Shown: positions 1 to 8,935 of the stretch, one piece after another | How the letters are laid out: each line of letters starts with the position of its first letter | How positions within the stretch are numbered: the first letter of the stretch is position 1 | DNA from: a virus | IMG/VR virus record: IMGVR_UViG_3300049571_000380 | Location: 1 to 64,000 of that record | Strand: one strand, 5' to 3' | DNA: 64,000 bases | The notes under the pieces: model-generated | What the model was told of the DNA's origin: nothing | The model's input: only the letters and a program-made list of their open reading frames with translations | Databases searched by the model: none | Translations under genes and position numbers: made by a program

Positions 1-34
1 GAGAAGGGGCGCCCCGCGAGGGGCCCCCCTTCTC
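1..34. terminator. GC-rich stem-loop, probable terminator
   Basis: GAGAAGGGG...CCCCTTCTC inverted repeat downstream of the leftward gene block. Confidence 0.5.
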
Positions 35-129
35 GGTTTCTGCTGGCCAGTCAGCTCGGGCCGTTGCCGTTCTCGCCGCTCTACTGCGATGAGGCGAAGT
101 TGAACCTCATGTCTAGCCCAAGACTTCCC

Positions 130-639
130 TCACTCGACCTCGGTCCGGGTTACCTTGCCGCCCAGCAGGCTGAGCGGCTTGTCGGTGTCGAGATCGATCC
201 GCCGCATCACCCAGCCGTACTCGTCCTCGAACCAGTCCCACGGGACGTCCGGGCCGGGCTCGGCCGACAGGTGCCGGGCGCAGGCGGACATCGCTGCCTC
301 AGCGCTCACGTGGACGCTGGCGGGCTGGCCGTCGTACTCCGCGACGAACATCTCACGACCGCTTTTGTCGGCCGCCAGGAGGCCCCTCAGCAGCTTCTCG
401 GCCTGGTTCCGGTGAGAGACCGGGACCAGCCTCAGCAGGGCCCTGTGCATGCGTACGGGCGACATCTCCTCTTCCTCTCCGTGGATCTTCCTCTTCACCC
501 AGCAGGCCAGGTCGTAGGCGGTCAGCAGGATCCGGCCCACAACCAGAACGGCCAGCAGAAGGAGCAGCAGGACGAAGAAGATCACCCCGATCCTCAGCCA
601 GAACTCATGCCATCCCAGCTCGTGAGGATCGAGGCTCAC
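130..639 (-). CDS. hypothetical membrane protein
   Basis: N-terminal hydrophobic helix IGVIFFVLLLLLLAVLVVG; operon-packed ORF. Confidence 0.7.
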   Translation of the reverse strand: MSLDPHELGWHEFWLRIGVIFFVLLLLLLAVLVVGRILLTAYDLACWVKRKIHGEEEEMSPVRMHRALLRLVPVSHRNQAEKLLRGLLAADKSGREMFVAEYDGQPASVHVSAEAAMSACARHLSAEPGPDVPWDWFEDEYGWVMRRIDLDTDKPLSLLGGKVTRTEVE

Positions 640-800
640 TTCTCCGCCTCAACCGCCAGGACCGTCACATCCCAGCCGGTTCCCCGGGCCACCCGTTCGC
701 CGATTCCGTTGATCAGCCCGACGTCCTCGGGGCTGAGATCGGCAATCAGCTCGATCGTCTTCACGGTCAGGTTGTCCCTGATCACGACGCGCGTTTCCAT
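636..800 (-). CDS. hypothetical protein (54 aa, METRVVIRD...)
   Basis: read by hand; GGGAGGGAG RBS, stop overlaps next start. Confidence 0.6.
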   Translation of the reverse strand: METRVVIRDNLTVKTIELIADLSPEDVGLINGIGERVARGTGWDVTVLAVEAEK

Positions 801-842
801 CCTGGCTCCCTCCCGTGGCGGGGCCGCGCGAGGCCCCGCCCT

Positions 843-1313
843 TCAGCTCTTCTTGCGCTTCCGGCTGCCCGGAGCGCTCACCACTTCTTCCCAGCCCTCG
901 GGCACGTTCGGGTGGATGCCGATCAGCAGTACCCACCCGCCGGTCTCGACGTCCTCTTCCTTCAGGACCGTCTCCAGGGAGCCGACGGATTCTCCGGTGC
1001 TCCCGATGACCTCACCCTCCTTGACGAAGCCGATGACCTCGACCGGACCGTCACCGTCCTCGTCCCGGCGCACGCGCAGAACGACATCCTGCGCGTAGTC
1101 CCAGATCGCGAAGAACTGCCCCGGCGACCAGTCGCCACGGCCTCCCGAGTTCACCCGGAAGGCCGCGTTCCTGACCGACTCGACCTTGTTCTTCGGGAAG
1201 GCCGCATCCGGCACGACCAGGGTGGGCGAAGCGGCCAGTGCCGCTTCCTTCGAGGTGTAGGACGATGGACCCTTCGGAGGCTTCCTCAGATACACACCGT
1301 GAACGCGTGCCAT
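843..1313 (-). CDS. hypothetical protein
   Basis: 156-aa ORF, GAGGGAG RBS, GC3-biased codons. Confidence 0.65.
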   Translation of the reverse strand: MARVHGVYLRKPPKGPSSYTSKEAALAASPTLVVPDAAFPKNKVESVRNAAFRVNSGGRGDWSPGQFFAIWDYAQDVVLRVRRDEDGDGPVEVIGFVKEGEVIGSTGESVGSLETVLKEEDVETGGWVLLIGIHPNVPEGWEEVVSAPGSRKRKKS

Positions 1314-1381
1314 TGCTCAACTCCCTCACTGCCGGAAACAGTGCAGGATGTTACCCGCGTTGATCTGCACCTGCACCCAGC

Positions 1382-1669
1382 CTATGCCGCGATGAGATCG
1401 CCGGAAAATTCCGGAACGAAAAGCGGCTGGCGCAGGAAGAAGATGTCCTTGAAAGATCCGACCGGATTGGCCGGAACCGTCGTGTCCCCGGCCGGGTACA
1501 TGAACCCCTCGGCCGCGTCCCACGCCTCCTCCGGAGTGGAGAAGAGGACTCCGCCCTCCTCGCGCACGCGCCGTGCCGTCAGCGGGCTGACGAGCAGCGG
1601 CTCCAGCCCCCGCCGAAAGCGGGGGAAGCATTCGATCGTCCAGAGGTTGTGCCTGACCAGGGTGTACAC
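1382..1669 (-). CDS. hypothetical protein
   Basis: 95-aa ORF in operon. Confidence 0.55.
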   Translation of the reverse strand: MYTLVRHNLWTIECFPRFRRGLEPLLVSPLTARRVREEGGVLFSTPEEAWDAAEGFMYPAGDTTVPANPVGSFKDIFFLRQPLFVPEFSGDLIAA

Positions 1670-1680
1670 GACGGTCTCCT

Positions 1681-1881
1681 TTAGATGGTGATCTTCTCGA
1701 TGCTTCGGGTCGGACCCTCTTCGGGCGGGACGAAGTCGTACTCGATGTGACTCCAGAGTTTCCTCCGGAGATCGTCCATCGCTTCTTCCTTGGTGTCACC
1801 CTCACCAGAGAGCCCCGTGCGGGGCTCCTTCACCGTGCAGCCGTACCGTCCGTAGTCAAATGCCTCGACCGTGAACTCCAC
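1681..1881 (-). CDS. HicB-like antitoxin-fold protein
   Basis: GLSGEGDTKEEAMDDLRRKL resembles the HicB G.T.EEA..N..EA motif; strong AAGGAG RBS. Confidence 0.6.
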   Translation of the reverse strand: MEFTVEAFDYGRYGCTVKEPRTGLSGEGDTKEEAMDDLRRKLWSHIEYDFVPPEEGPTRSIEKITI

Positions 1882-1915
1882 GGTATTCTCCTTCCCTTGA
1901 GCAATACGGTACCAC

Positions 1916-1944
1916 GAAAAAGGGCCCCCGCAGGGGCCCTTCTC
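1916..1944 (-). terminator. intrinsic terminator
   Basis: AGGGCCCC-TGCG-GGGGCCCT stem followed by a T-run on the minus strand. Confidence 0.7.
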
Positions 1945-1984
1945 GGTCCTTCCCTGCCTCTGAAAACGAGACTGGGAAGGGCGG

Positions 1985-2404
1985 CTACTTCTCCTTCTCG
2001 ACCTGCTCCAGGAAGGCCAGGTCGTCCTTCGCCCGCTTGAGCTGGCGCTTACGCAGCGCCAGCTCGCGCTCGGCCTTGGTGAGCCGGGTGCGGTTGTCGT
2101 CGACCCGCTCGGTGGCCTCCTCGACGGAGTTCATCAGGCGGGCCACCTCGGCGCGCTTGACGTCCGCCTCGGAACGCGTGCCCGAGTTGTCGCGGATCCA
2201 CTGAACGAAGTCGTCCAGCTCCGTGGCGACGAAGTACTTCTTCTTGCCGAACTTCTTCGCGACGGCCGGGACGCGGTCGGCGTACCGGGTGAACATGCTG
2301 GACAGGGACTGTTCGGAGATGCCGGTACGCGCCTCGAACTCGGCCCGGGTCTCCAGCTCGTTCTCGCGGCCCTGGAACTCGGTGCGCAGCCAGGTGTCGG
2401 CCAT
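1985..2404 (-). CDS. HTH DNA-binding protein (AlpA/excisionase-like) with C-terminal coiled coil
   Basis: TRAEFEARTGISEQSLSSMFTRYADRVP...KKYFVATELDDFV N-terminus, heptad-rich C-terminus. Confidence 0.6.
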   Translation of the reverse strand: MADTWLRTEFQGRENELETRAEFEARTGISEQSLSSMFTRYADRVPAVAKKFGKKKYFVATELDDFVQWIRDNSGTRSEADVKRAEVARLMNSVEEATERVDDNRTRLTKAERELALRKRQLKRAKDDLAFLEQVEKEK

Positions 2405-2406
2405 GA

Positions 2407-3519
2407 TCAGGAAACCCTCTCGCTGTGGAACTGACGAACGGCGTCGGCGTGCCAGACCTCGGGCAGGTCGGCGTTCTCGGCGGCGGCCTGGAGCTTCAGC
2501 AGCTCGACGACCTTCGCCTTCGGGTCACCCTCCTCGTGGGCCCGCCACTCCAGCCAGACGTCCATCGCCTTGCGGACGTGGCTGACCTGGTCGCGGCGGT
2601 CCTTGTCGGTGGGCTTCCGGTTGCCCTTGTTCATGTACTGGCGGCGCAGCAGGTGGCGCGGGTCCTCGCCCTTGGGCCCGATGCGGGGGAAGCCGTCGCG
2701 GTAGCCCGGCTTGAGGCCGTTCAGGAACTCCTGGACGTGCGAGGCGTTCGCACCGGCCGCCAGCGCCATCATGACGGAGGCCGCCAGGGCGCTCGGCGGG
2801 ATCCGGCTGGCCGCCGCCTGGAGCACGTGCTTCATCCAGGAGCCGGAGCCCTCCCACGTCTCATGGAAGAAGGGCCAGCCGTGGACCAGCTCGTAGATCT
2901 CCTGGTTGCTGGCGTCGGCGACGGTCCACTCGGTGCGCTCGATGCCCCGGATGACCGGGAGGATGAGCTTGGCGGCGGCGGCCGACTGGTCCGGGTAGGG
3001 GATGTCGCCGAGGAGCTGACCGGCGTTGCGGCCACGGCCCGTGTCGAGCACGGAGAAGGTGCCCCACTGGCCGTTCGTGGTGACCGGGACCTCGATCGTC
3101 TTGCCCGACAGGGCGCAGGCGGCGAAGCGGTGCTGGCCGTCGAGCAGGAAGCCGTCCTCCGTGAAGACCACGGAGGTGGAGATCCGGTCGTCCCAGCCGC
3201 CGTCGGCGACGATGGAGACGAGGCCCTTGTTCTTCTTCGTGCCGTTGAGCGTCGTGATGAGGAAGCGGCGGTTGGCCGTGACCTCGGGGTGGCGCAGCTC
3301 GCGCGGCATCCGCTCGACGCGGATCACCCGGTACTTGAGGACGTCGCGCGCCATCTCGGGGGTGATCTTCATGGAGGGGTGCGGGTAGGGCCGCTCGGGG
3401 TTCTTCTCCAGGTACTCCTTCGGCGTCTCCGGGATCGGGAACCGGGCCTTGCGGGGGTCCGAGACGAACTCGAATCCCAGCATCCTCTCGATGGTCGAAA
3501 GGCTCTCTTCTCGTGCCAC
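2407..3519 (-). CDS. ParB-like (DGQHR motif) protein
   Basis: VVFTEDGFLLDGQHRFAA ... LDTGRGR, typical of phage ParB/Srx-like DGQHR proteins. Confidence 0.75.
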   Translation of the reverse strand: MAREESLSTIERMLGFEFVSDPRKARFPIPETPKEYLEKNPERPYPHPSMKITPEMARDVLKYRVIRVERMPRELRHPEVTANRRFLITTLNGTKKNKGLVSIVADGGWDDRISTSVVFTEDGFLLDGQHRFAACALSGKTIEVPVTTNGQWGTFSVLDTGRGRNAGQLLGDIPYPDQSAAAAKLILPVIRGIERTEWTVADASNQEIYELVHGWPFFHETWEGSGSWMKHVLQAAASRIPPSALAASVMMALAAGANASHVQEFLNGLKPGYRDGFPRIGPKGEDPRHLLRRQYMNKGNRKPTDKDRRDQVSHVRKAMDVWLEWRAHEEGDPKAKVVELLKLQAAAENADLPEVWHADAVRQFHSERVS

Positions 3520-3619
3520 TTTTTTCTCACCTTTCCGGGTGCGTGACTACATAGAACACGATGGAGGTGGCGGCCGTCAAGACGATGGTCGAGACGGCCG
3601 CCATCCGGATGTCCTCCGG

Positions 3620-4045
3620 CTAGTTGCCGGAGAAGGCGTCGCCCACGGCCTCTCCGATGGCCTTGAAGACCTTGCCGACCCCCTCGGCGCAGTCCTCGAC
3701 GATGTCGCCGACCGCCTCGGCGAACCCGCGCGACCCGCCGGAACCCCGGCCGCCCCTGGCCGTAACAGGGGCGGAAGAGGAGCCTGCGGTCACCGAGTCG
3801 TGCACCACCCGGCAGTGGCCGATGATCATCTGGCGGGCCGTGTACTCGCCGATGTGCATCGGCGCACCGCACAGGACGCAGCACCACATCAGGCTGTCTT
3901 CGTTCCAGCGGATCATGTTCGCCGGGTTGTTCCGCTGCGGCGTGTGGTCCTTCTCGTGCGCCGCGATGGCGAAATCGAAGAGCCGGTCGCTCTTGTCGAA
4001 CGGCTTTCCGCAGGTCGGGCAGGGATAGGTGTCGTCGGTGCTCAC
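3620..4045 (-). CDS. C2H2 zinc-finger protein (two fingers)
   Basis: CPTCGKPF...HEKDH and CVLCG...HCRVVH; GTG start overlapping upstream stop. Confidence 0.6.
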   Translation of the reverse strand: MSTDDTYPCPTCGKPFDKSDRLFDFAIAAHEKDHTPQRNNPANMIRWNEDSLMWCCVLCGAPMHIGEYTARQMIIGHCRVVHDSVTAGSSSAPVTARGGRGSGGSRGFAEAVGDIVEDCAEGVGKVFKAIGEAVGDAFSGN

Positions 4046-4533
4046 CCTCGGGCCTCCTCTTCCCGGGTGGACTGGATGAATCCGACGGCCGCGCACATGG
4101 CGGCGCCGACGGTGAACGCCAGGGCTTCCTCCTCGCCCAGGCTGGCCAGCATGGCGAACGGGATCGTCCAGGCGCCCTCGTCCTTCTCCTCGGCCCGGCT
4201 GGCGATGGGAAGCATCTTCAGCAGTCCCACCGTGCCATCGGAGAGCTGGAGGTTCACCGGCACCATGTCCTCGTGGTACCGGTGCGAGAACTGCCAGCAG
4301 AGGACGGCGACCACCGGGTACCAGCCGTGACGGTTCACCTTCTGCTGGAGTTCGGCCAGGACGGTGTCGACGGACTCCTCGCCGCCCTGCTCCGACTCGA
4401 TCAGCCAGTTCAGCAGGGCGGGCTCGAACTCCTGGAGGTCGTCGATCTGCTCCTGGGTGATGTCCGGGAACTCCTGCTGCGGGAGCGGCTTGTCCTCGGC
4501 CATGAGGGTCAGCACGTCGGCGACGGAGAGCAT
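4042..4533 (-). CDS. hypothetical protein
   Basis: ORF from MLSVADV, translationally coupled. Confidence 0.6.
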   Translation of the reverse strand: MLSVADVLTLMAEDKPLPQQEFPDITQEQIDDLQEFEPALLNWLIESEQGGEESVDTVLAELQQKVNRHGWYPVVAVLCWQFSHRYHEDMVPVNLQLSDGTVGLLKMLPIASRAEEKDEGAWTIPFAMLASLGEEEALAFTVGAAMCAAVGFIQSTREEEARG

Positions 4534-4799
4534 CAGGCGGCGTCCTTCGGGTCGGCCGGGCGGCACAGGTAGACGTGGACGTACCAGATGGAGTGGGCGG
4601 GCCTGGACTCCTGGACAGTGCGGGGAATGACGATCTCGTAAACGTTGCCGTCCTTGTCCTGGAAGATGTGCCCCTTGGGGAAGACGGGGCCGGTCGGCCA
4701 GACGTCCCAGCCGTCGGGTTCGTGGCGGATCTCGGTCGCCTCGAACTCCCCGTCGAAGTAGTCGGGCCGCTTCCCCAGCGGCTTGATCTTGATGTTCAC
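4533..4799 (-). CDS. hypothetical protein
   Basis: coding-like 3' part of the 4533-5444 ORF; GTG start after GGGAGAG RBS. Confidence 0.6.
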   Translation of the reverse strand: MNIKIKPLGKRPDYFDGEFEATEIRHEPDGWDVWPTGPVFPKGHIFQDKDGNVYEIVIPRTVQESRPAHSIWYVHVYLCRPADPKDAA

Positions 4800-5329
4800 T
4801 TCTCTCCCTTTCCGATGCGGTCGGAGTCCCTGACCACGGTCAGGCCGTCCTGCGGCAGCAGGAGGCCGGTGAACTGATCGTCCCAGCCGGGCACGATCTC
4901 GGTCTCGATTCCCTCGTCCTCCCAGACCTCGATCACGGCCGGGTTGTCGTCGTATGCCTTCATCACGACGAATCCGTTGGCCCGGATCTTCGCCAGGATT
5001 TCCCGCTTCACGATCGCGTCCTTGCGGAAGTCGTCGTTCGCCCGTGTCCAGATGCTGTCGAACGGGATCTGGCAGCTCTCCAGCCACTTCCGGGTGAGGG
5101 TCCGGTACCGGGCCATGCGGGCGGTCACCACGAGAACGGCCCGGCCTTTCGCCTTGGCCTCGTGCACCCGCTCGACGACCTCGGGGTGCGGCGGGCAGAA
5201 GGCGGAAGCCATGTGGAAGGAGTGGAAGTCGCGGTTCGGAGGGGTGACGTAGTGGCGCACGCTGCTGACGTTGCACAGGGTGCCGTCGCAATCGAAAATC
5301 TCGGCTTCCTGCTGTTGTGCCTGATTCAT
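4796..5329 (-). CDS. HAD-family polynucleotide 3'-phosphatase (PseT C-terminal domain-like)
   Basis: IFDCDGTL (DxDGT), VVTAR, RKDAIVKREI, YDDNPAVIEVWEDEGI motifs of the T4 PNK phosphatase domain. Confidence 0.85.
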   Translation of the reverse strand: MNQAQQQEAEIFDCDGTLCNVSSVRHYVTPPNRDFHSFHMASAFCPPHPEVVERVHEAKAKGRAVLVVTARMARYRTLTRKWLESCQIPFDSIWTRANDDFRKDAIVKREILAKIRANGFVVMKAYDDNPAVIEVWEDEGIETEIVPGWDDQFTGLLLPQDGLTVVRDSDRIGKGEK

Positions 5330-5344
5330 GTCGATTCACCCCTT

Positions 5345-5821
5345 TCAGAAGCCCTTGGATTCCCAGCGCACGCCGTACAGGCCGACACGCGGGCTTCCGG
5401 TGAACATGAGCACTACCTTGTAGTGCGCCTTGCAGGGGCTGCACTTCTCCGGCCAGCCGTCCTGGCGGGCCGCGATGTCGGACGTGAGGTCACCGAAGTC
5501 CAGCCGCCGCATGTACAGCGGACAGCACGGGGAGGTGGTGACCACCTTGTCCCTGCCGCTCACGCCGCCGGAGAAGACCGCCGGGCGGATCACGGCTACA
5601 CCCTTGCGCAGGCTGGAGTTCTTGTACGCCTCGCCGATCTCGTAGGTACGGGGGGCGGCCTTCTTCATCCAGACCCCGTCCGCGTTCTTCTCGAAGTCGG
5701 AGATGTCCACCCACTGACCGTTGCGCAGGAACGTGCCGTGGTCGTCGCTGAAGCTGTCGATCGTGGTGATCCGACCGCTGTAGAAGATGCGGTCGCCCTG
5801 CCTCGGTTCCACGAATTCCAT
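5345..5821 (-). CDS. hypothetical protein
   Basis: 158-aa ORF with GAGGAAGAG RBS. Confidence 0.6.
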   Translation of the reverse strand: MEFVEPRQGDRIFYSGRITTIDSFSDDHGTFLRNGQWVDISDFEKNADGVWMKKAAPRTYEIGEAYKNSSLRKGVAVIRPAVFSGGVSGRDKVVTTSPCCPLYMRRLDFGDLTSDIAARQDGWPEKCSPCKAHYKVVLMFTGSPRVGLYGVRWESKGF

Positions 5822-5881
5822 GTCTCTTCCTCGTCCCTTCCGAATGGATTCGCCCGGCTTCCGGGCGGCTTCCAGGTCCGT

Positions 5882-6079
5882 TCAGTTCTCGTCGATCGCC
5901 GGGAAGCCGGTCTTCTTCGTTGCGACCAGGCGGCGCCAGCGTGCAGCGGCCAGCCTGAGAAGCCTGTCGTGACCGTCGAGCCCGACATGACTCACCGCGA
6001 AGGCATCGGGTGCTGGTACATCGTGACGGGCGGCCCAGTCGTAGACCGAATCCACTGTCCTCTGCCGCTTCGCCATCAA
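5882..6079 (-). CDS. hypothetical protein
   Basis: 65-aa ORF with GGGGAGAGG RBS. Confidence 0.45.
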   Translation of the reverse strand: MMAKRQRTVDSVYDWAARHDVPAPDAFAVSHVGLDGHDRLLRLAAARWRRLVATKKTGFPAIDEN

Positions 6080-6168
6080 CCTCTCCCCGCTCTCTCGCTG
6101 ACGGCCATCGTCAGGCGCAGTCTCACTGCGCGACCGGGCTGGCTGCCCGGTTTCGGCCTTGGGTCAGA

Positions 6169-6450
6169 TCACGCGGTGGGCTGGCGCCCCTTCCAGGTGC
6201 CGAACGGCTCGGCGCCGGGGCCGTCCTTGGCGTAGTCCGGGTCCATCCAGTTCGCCGCCTGGATCGCCCCGCAGGCGCCGCACTCGCCGCCGTCGGCCGA
6301 GTGCTCGTGGTAGCCGTTGAACTCGTCCCGGATGCGCGCCGCCCAGGTCCGGCGCATGGCCAGTTCGTTTTCGGTGATGCGCTGGACCTCCTGGATGATC
6401 CGGCGCCCGGCCAGCTCTTCGGCCGAGATGTATCCCTGCTCCGTGCTCAC
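6169..6450 (-). CDS. hypothetical protein (CxxC)
   Basis: GTG start coupled to upstream stop; ECGACG. Confidence 0.55.
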   Translation of the reverse strand: MSTEQGYISAEELAGRRIIQEVQRITENELAMRRTWAARIRDEFNGYHEHSADGGECGACGAIQAANWMDPDYAKDGPGAEPFGTWKGRQPTA

Positions 6451-6728
6451 GATCCCTCTCCTTCCGTCGGCAGGCTCGGCGGCCTGGGCGACAGCCTTGT
6501 GGCCATCAGCCAGCCCCGCATCCTGCCGTCCTTCTGCAACTTCTCCGCCAGTACGCTGACGATCTCCTCGGCGAAGCGCTGGCGCCACGCCTCGGTGAAC
6601 CCCTCGGGGTCCGCGTCGTACTCGGCGACCTGGTGGGTCGAGCTGGCGATGGGAACCCCCAGCACCTCGACCACGATCACCGGGTAGCCGGGTTCGCCGG
6701 TCTTCCCGATCCGGATGACGTCCATCAC
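6447..6728 (-). CDS. hypothetical protein, paralog of 6725-7027
   Basis: shared EVLGVPI / W...F...VL motifs. Confidence 0.65.
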   Translation of the reverse strand: MMDVIRIGKTGEPGYPVIVVEVLGVPIASSTHQVAEYDADPEGFTEAWRQRFAEEIVSVLAEKLQKDGRMRGWLMATRLSPRPPSLPTEGEGS

Positions 6729-7027
6729 GACTCCCCGAAGGGGCCGAGGCGGTACACCTCACGGCCGGTCGGCGACTCGGTGCGCCACTTCACGAAGTCC
6801 TGGTCGTATCCCTCCGTCAGCACCTTGGCCAGCATCCGGGCCAGCCGGTCCTTGAAGGCATTCTTCCAGTCCTCGGTGTTCTGGTGGCCCGCCTCGAACT
6901 CGTGGGCGTCGGCATACAGAACCGGGATCCCCAGGATCTCCAGCACGTAGACCTCGTTGCCCTTCTGGTCCGTGGCCAGGCCGACCCGGAAGAGGCCCTG
7001 GACCTCGTTCATATCGATCTTCGCCAT
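6725..7027 (-). CDS. hypothetical protein, paralog of 6447-6728
   Basis: EILGIPV / WKNAF motifs; GGAGAAG RBS. Confidence 0.65.
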   Translation of the reverse strand: MAKIDMNEVQGLFRVGLATDQKGNEVYVLEILGIPVLYADAHEFEAGHQNTEDWKNAFKDRLARMLAKVLTEGYDQDFVKWRTESPTGREVYRLGPFGES

Positions 7028-7042
7028 GCTCTTCTCCGTTCC

Positions 7043-7372
7043 TCAGTGCCGGTAGCGGGGGGCGTTCTTCTTCAGGTGATGGATCCAGGATCCGGGGCTC
7101 TCGCCCTCGCCCTCGTTCAGGTAGAGCTGGCGCCGGGCCGCGAACTTGGCGCGTTCCTCGTGCGTCTCGCCCAGGTACTTCTTCACGTCCTGCGGGGCGC
7201 CCCAGGTCGTCACACCCTGGAGGCAGTCGCAGATCATGCCGCTGCCCTGCCGGGACAGGCAGTTCGTGCCGTGCTCGGAGGGCGGGATCTCCTTGAATCC
7301 CATCTCCTCCAGGATCACGAGCTTCTGCTGCGGGGTGAGCCCGGCGTAGTTGATGGCGAACTCGTGCTTCAC
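7043..7372 (-). CDS. hypothetical protein
   Basis: 109-aa ORF with RBS. Confidence 0.6.
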   Translation of the reverse strand: MKHEFAINYAGLTPQQKLVILEEMGFKEIPPSEHGTNCLSRQGSGMICDCLQGVTTWGAPQDVKKYLGETHEERAKFAARRQLYLNEGEGESPGSWIHHLKKNAPRYRH

Positions 7373-7390
7373 GTCTCTTCTCGCTTTCCG

Positions 7391-7813
7391 TCAGCCCCGG
7401 TTGCGGGGCTCGAAGTGGGGGTACTTCACACCGCCGAACACGGCGACCTGGAGAACCTGGTCCAGAGTGTGGGGGTCGAACGTGCCGAGTTCGTCACTGA
7501 AGACCCACATCGAACAGGCTCGGCCGGTTTCCTCGCTCGGCGGATGGAACGGTTTCTCGGTGTCGACGTTCTCGTAGGCGATCAGTTCGGCCGCCGTGTA
7601 CAGCACCGAGTACGTGATCACCTTGTCGATCCGGCGCTCACTGTCGAGCGGGTGCGGCGCATGAACCCGGTAGGCCCAGGTGTCAGGTGCTTGACCTGCT
7701 TCCCAGTCGCCGAACCTGGTGAACATGCCCCGATCGGTCCAGCTCCAGTGGCTGTACAGCTCCTGGACCCCGGCCCCGAAGAACAACGCTTCGGCTTCCT
7801 GGCGCAGGCTCAT
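7391..7813 (-). CDS. hypothetical protein
   Basis: 140-aa ORF, coupled to upstream stop. Confidence 0.6.
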   Translation of the reverse strand: MSLRQEAEALFFGAGVQELYSHWSWTDRGMFTRFGDWEAGQAPDTWAYRVHAPHPLDSERRIDKVITYSVLYTAAELIAYENVDTEKPFHPPSEETGRACSMWVFSDELGTFDPHTLDQVLQVAVFGGVKYPHFEPRNRG

Positions 7814-8031
7814 CAGCGCTCCGCCTCCCTCGGCCAGGCGATGGCCCGGCCCTGCCGGATGCCGGGAGGGGAGTGGAAGGCCACCGTGTAGCGACGGCCG
7901 CCCGCCTGGACGGTCCGGGACATCCGAAGGCGCCCCTCCTCCGGCTGGCTGCTGACGATGCGCGCCACCCGGCGGTTCGGGCCCGCTCCGGGGAACCGCT
8001 CCACGAGGAAGTCGCCGACCGCCGAGATCAT
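7813..8031 (-). CDS. hypothetical protein
   Basis: 72-aa coupled ORF. Confidence 0.45.
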   Translation of the reverse strand: MISAVGDFLVERFPGAGPNRRVARIVSSQPEEGRLRMSRTVQAGGRRYTVAFHSPPGIRQGRAIAWPREAER

Positions 8032-8543
8032 TGGGCCGCCGCCAGAAGCCCGCGCTCCTCAGCCGCCTGGAAGGTCAGCTCGACACCGTCGTGCAGAACG
8101 CGGATGCCGCCGTGGGAGCGGATCTCGAAGATGCACAGCCTGGGAACGGTCAGATGCACGCCGACCTCCGGCTGCTTCTGCTCCACTCCGCTCACGGTGA
8201 CCTTCGCACCCCGGCCGGTGGCACAGTTGACGATGCTCCCTCCGGCCGCGATGGAGCCGAGCCCGGACGAGGAGACCGAGCCGCCGCCAGACACCGAGGT
8301 GCCCATACGCAGACCCAGCTTGTCGCGCAGGGTGTTGATCAGGGTGGGCCTGCCGACCTCGACCCCGAACGAGACGCCTCCCGGGCCGATGGGTCCCGCC
8401 CAGGCGGCCAGGCCACGATCGGCCAGGACGTCCACCGAGCGGTACTCGGCCCGCTCGTCGACCGTGATGGTGACGGGGAGGTCACCTGCCATGACGATCA
8501 CCCTGCCAGGTCCGCCCAGGTCGTGCTGATGCATGAGTCGCAC
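8028..8543 (-). CDS. DUF4097-like fragment, paralog of 13271-14101
   Basis: GRGAKVTVSG...VHLTVPR aligns with GRGATVIGG...VEVTLPR. Confidence 0.5.
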   Translation of the reverse strand: MRLMHQHDLGGPGRVIVMAGDLPVTITVDERAEYRSVDVLADRGLAAWAGPIGPGGVSFGVEVGRPTLINTLRDKLGLRMGTSVSGGGSVSSSGLGSIAAGGSIVNCATGRGAKVTVSGVEQKQPEVGVHLTVPRLCIFEIRSHGGIRVLHDGVELTFQAAEERGLLAAAQ

Positions 8544-8563
8544 TGCTCTTCTCTCTCTCCGAT

Positions 8564-8935
8564 TCAGTCGTTTGTGCCGAGAGCTATCCGGCAGCCCTCA
8601 GTGAAGTAGCTCCGAGCTTCCGCCAGTTCCTCAGCATTGTCCTCTGCCATGGTCCACTCGATCACGGCATCCCGGAAAGCCGAGAGGCGATCGATCAGTT
8701 CGGCGTTGCAGAACAGGCCAGCGACCGCAACGGCTTCGTCCAGGCGCCTCGTGCGATCCAGCGCGGAGTCATGGTCAGCTCCTATGCGCCCCGGCCGCTG
8801 CGCGTCGGCTGCGGCCGTGAGGACGGCCACGAACGCATTCTTGGCACCTTCGCTGTAGTGCGGCTGAGCGTGTCCTTCGAGACGGGGCTGGCGCTTGGGC
8901 CTTGGGGCCTGAACTTCCTTGCCGAACAGCTTCAT
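8564..8935 (-). CDS. hypothetical protein
   Basis: ORF from MKLFGK, coupled to upstream stop. Confidence 0.55.
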   Translation of the reverse strand: MKLFGKEVQAPRPKRQPRLEGHAQPHYSEGAKNAFVAVLTAAADAQRPGRIGADHDSALDRTRRLDEAVAVAGLFCNAELIDRLSAFRDAVIEWTMAEDNAEELAEARSYFTEGCRIALGTND

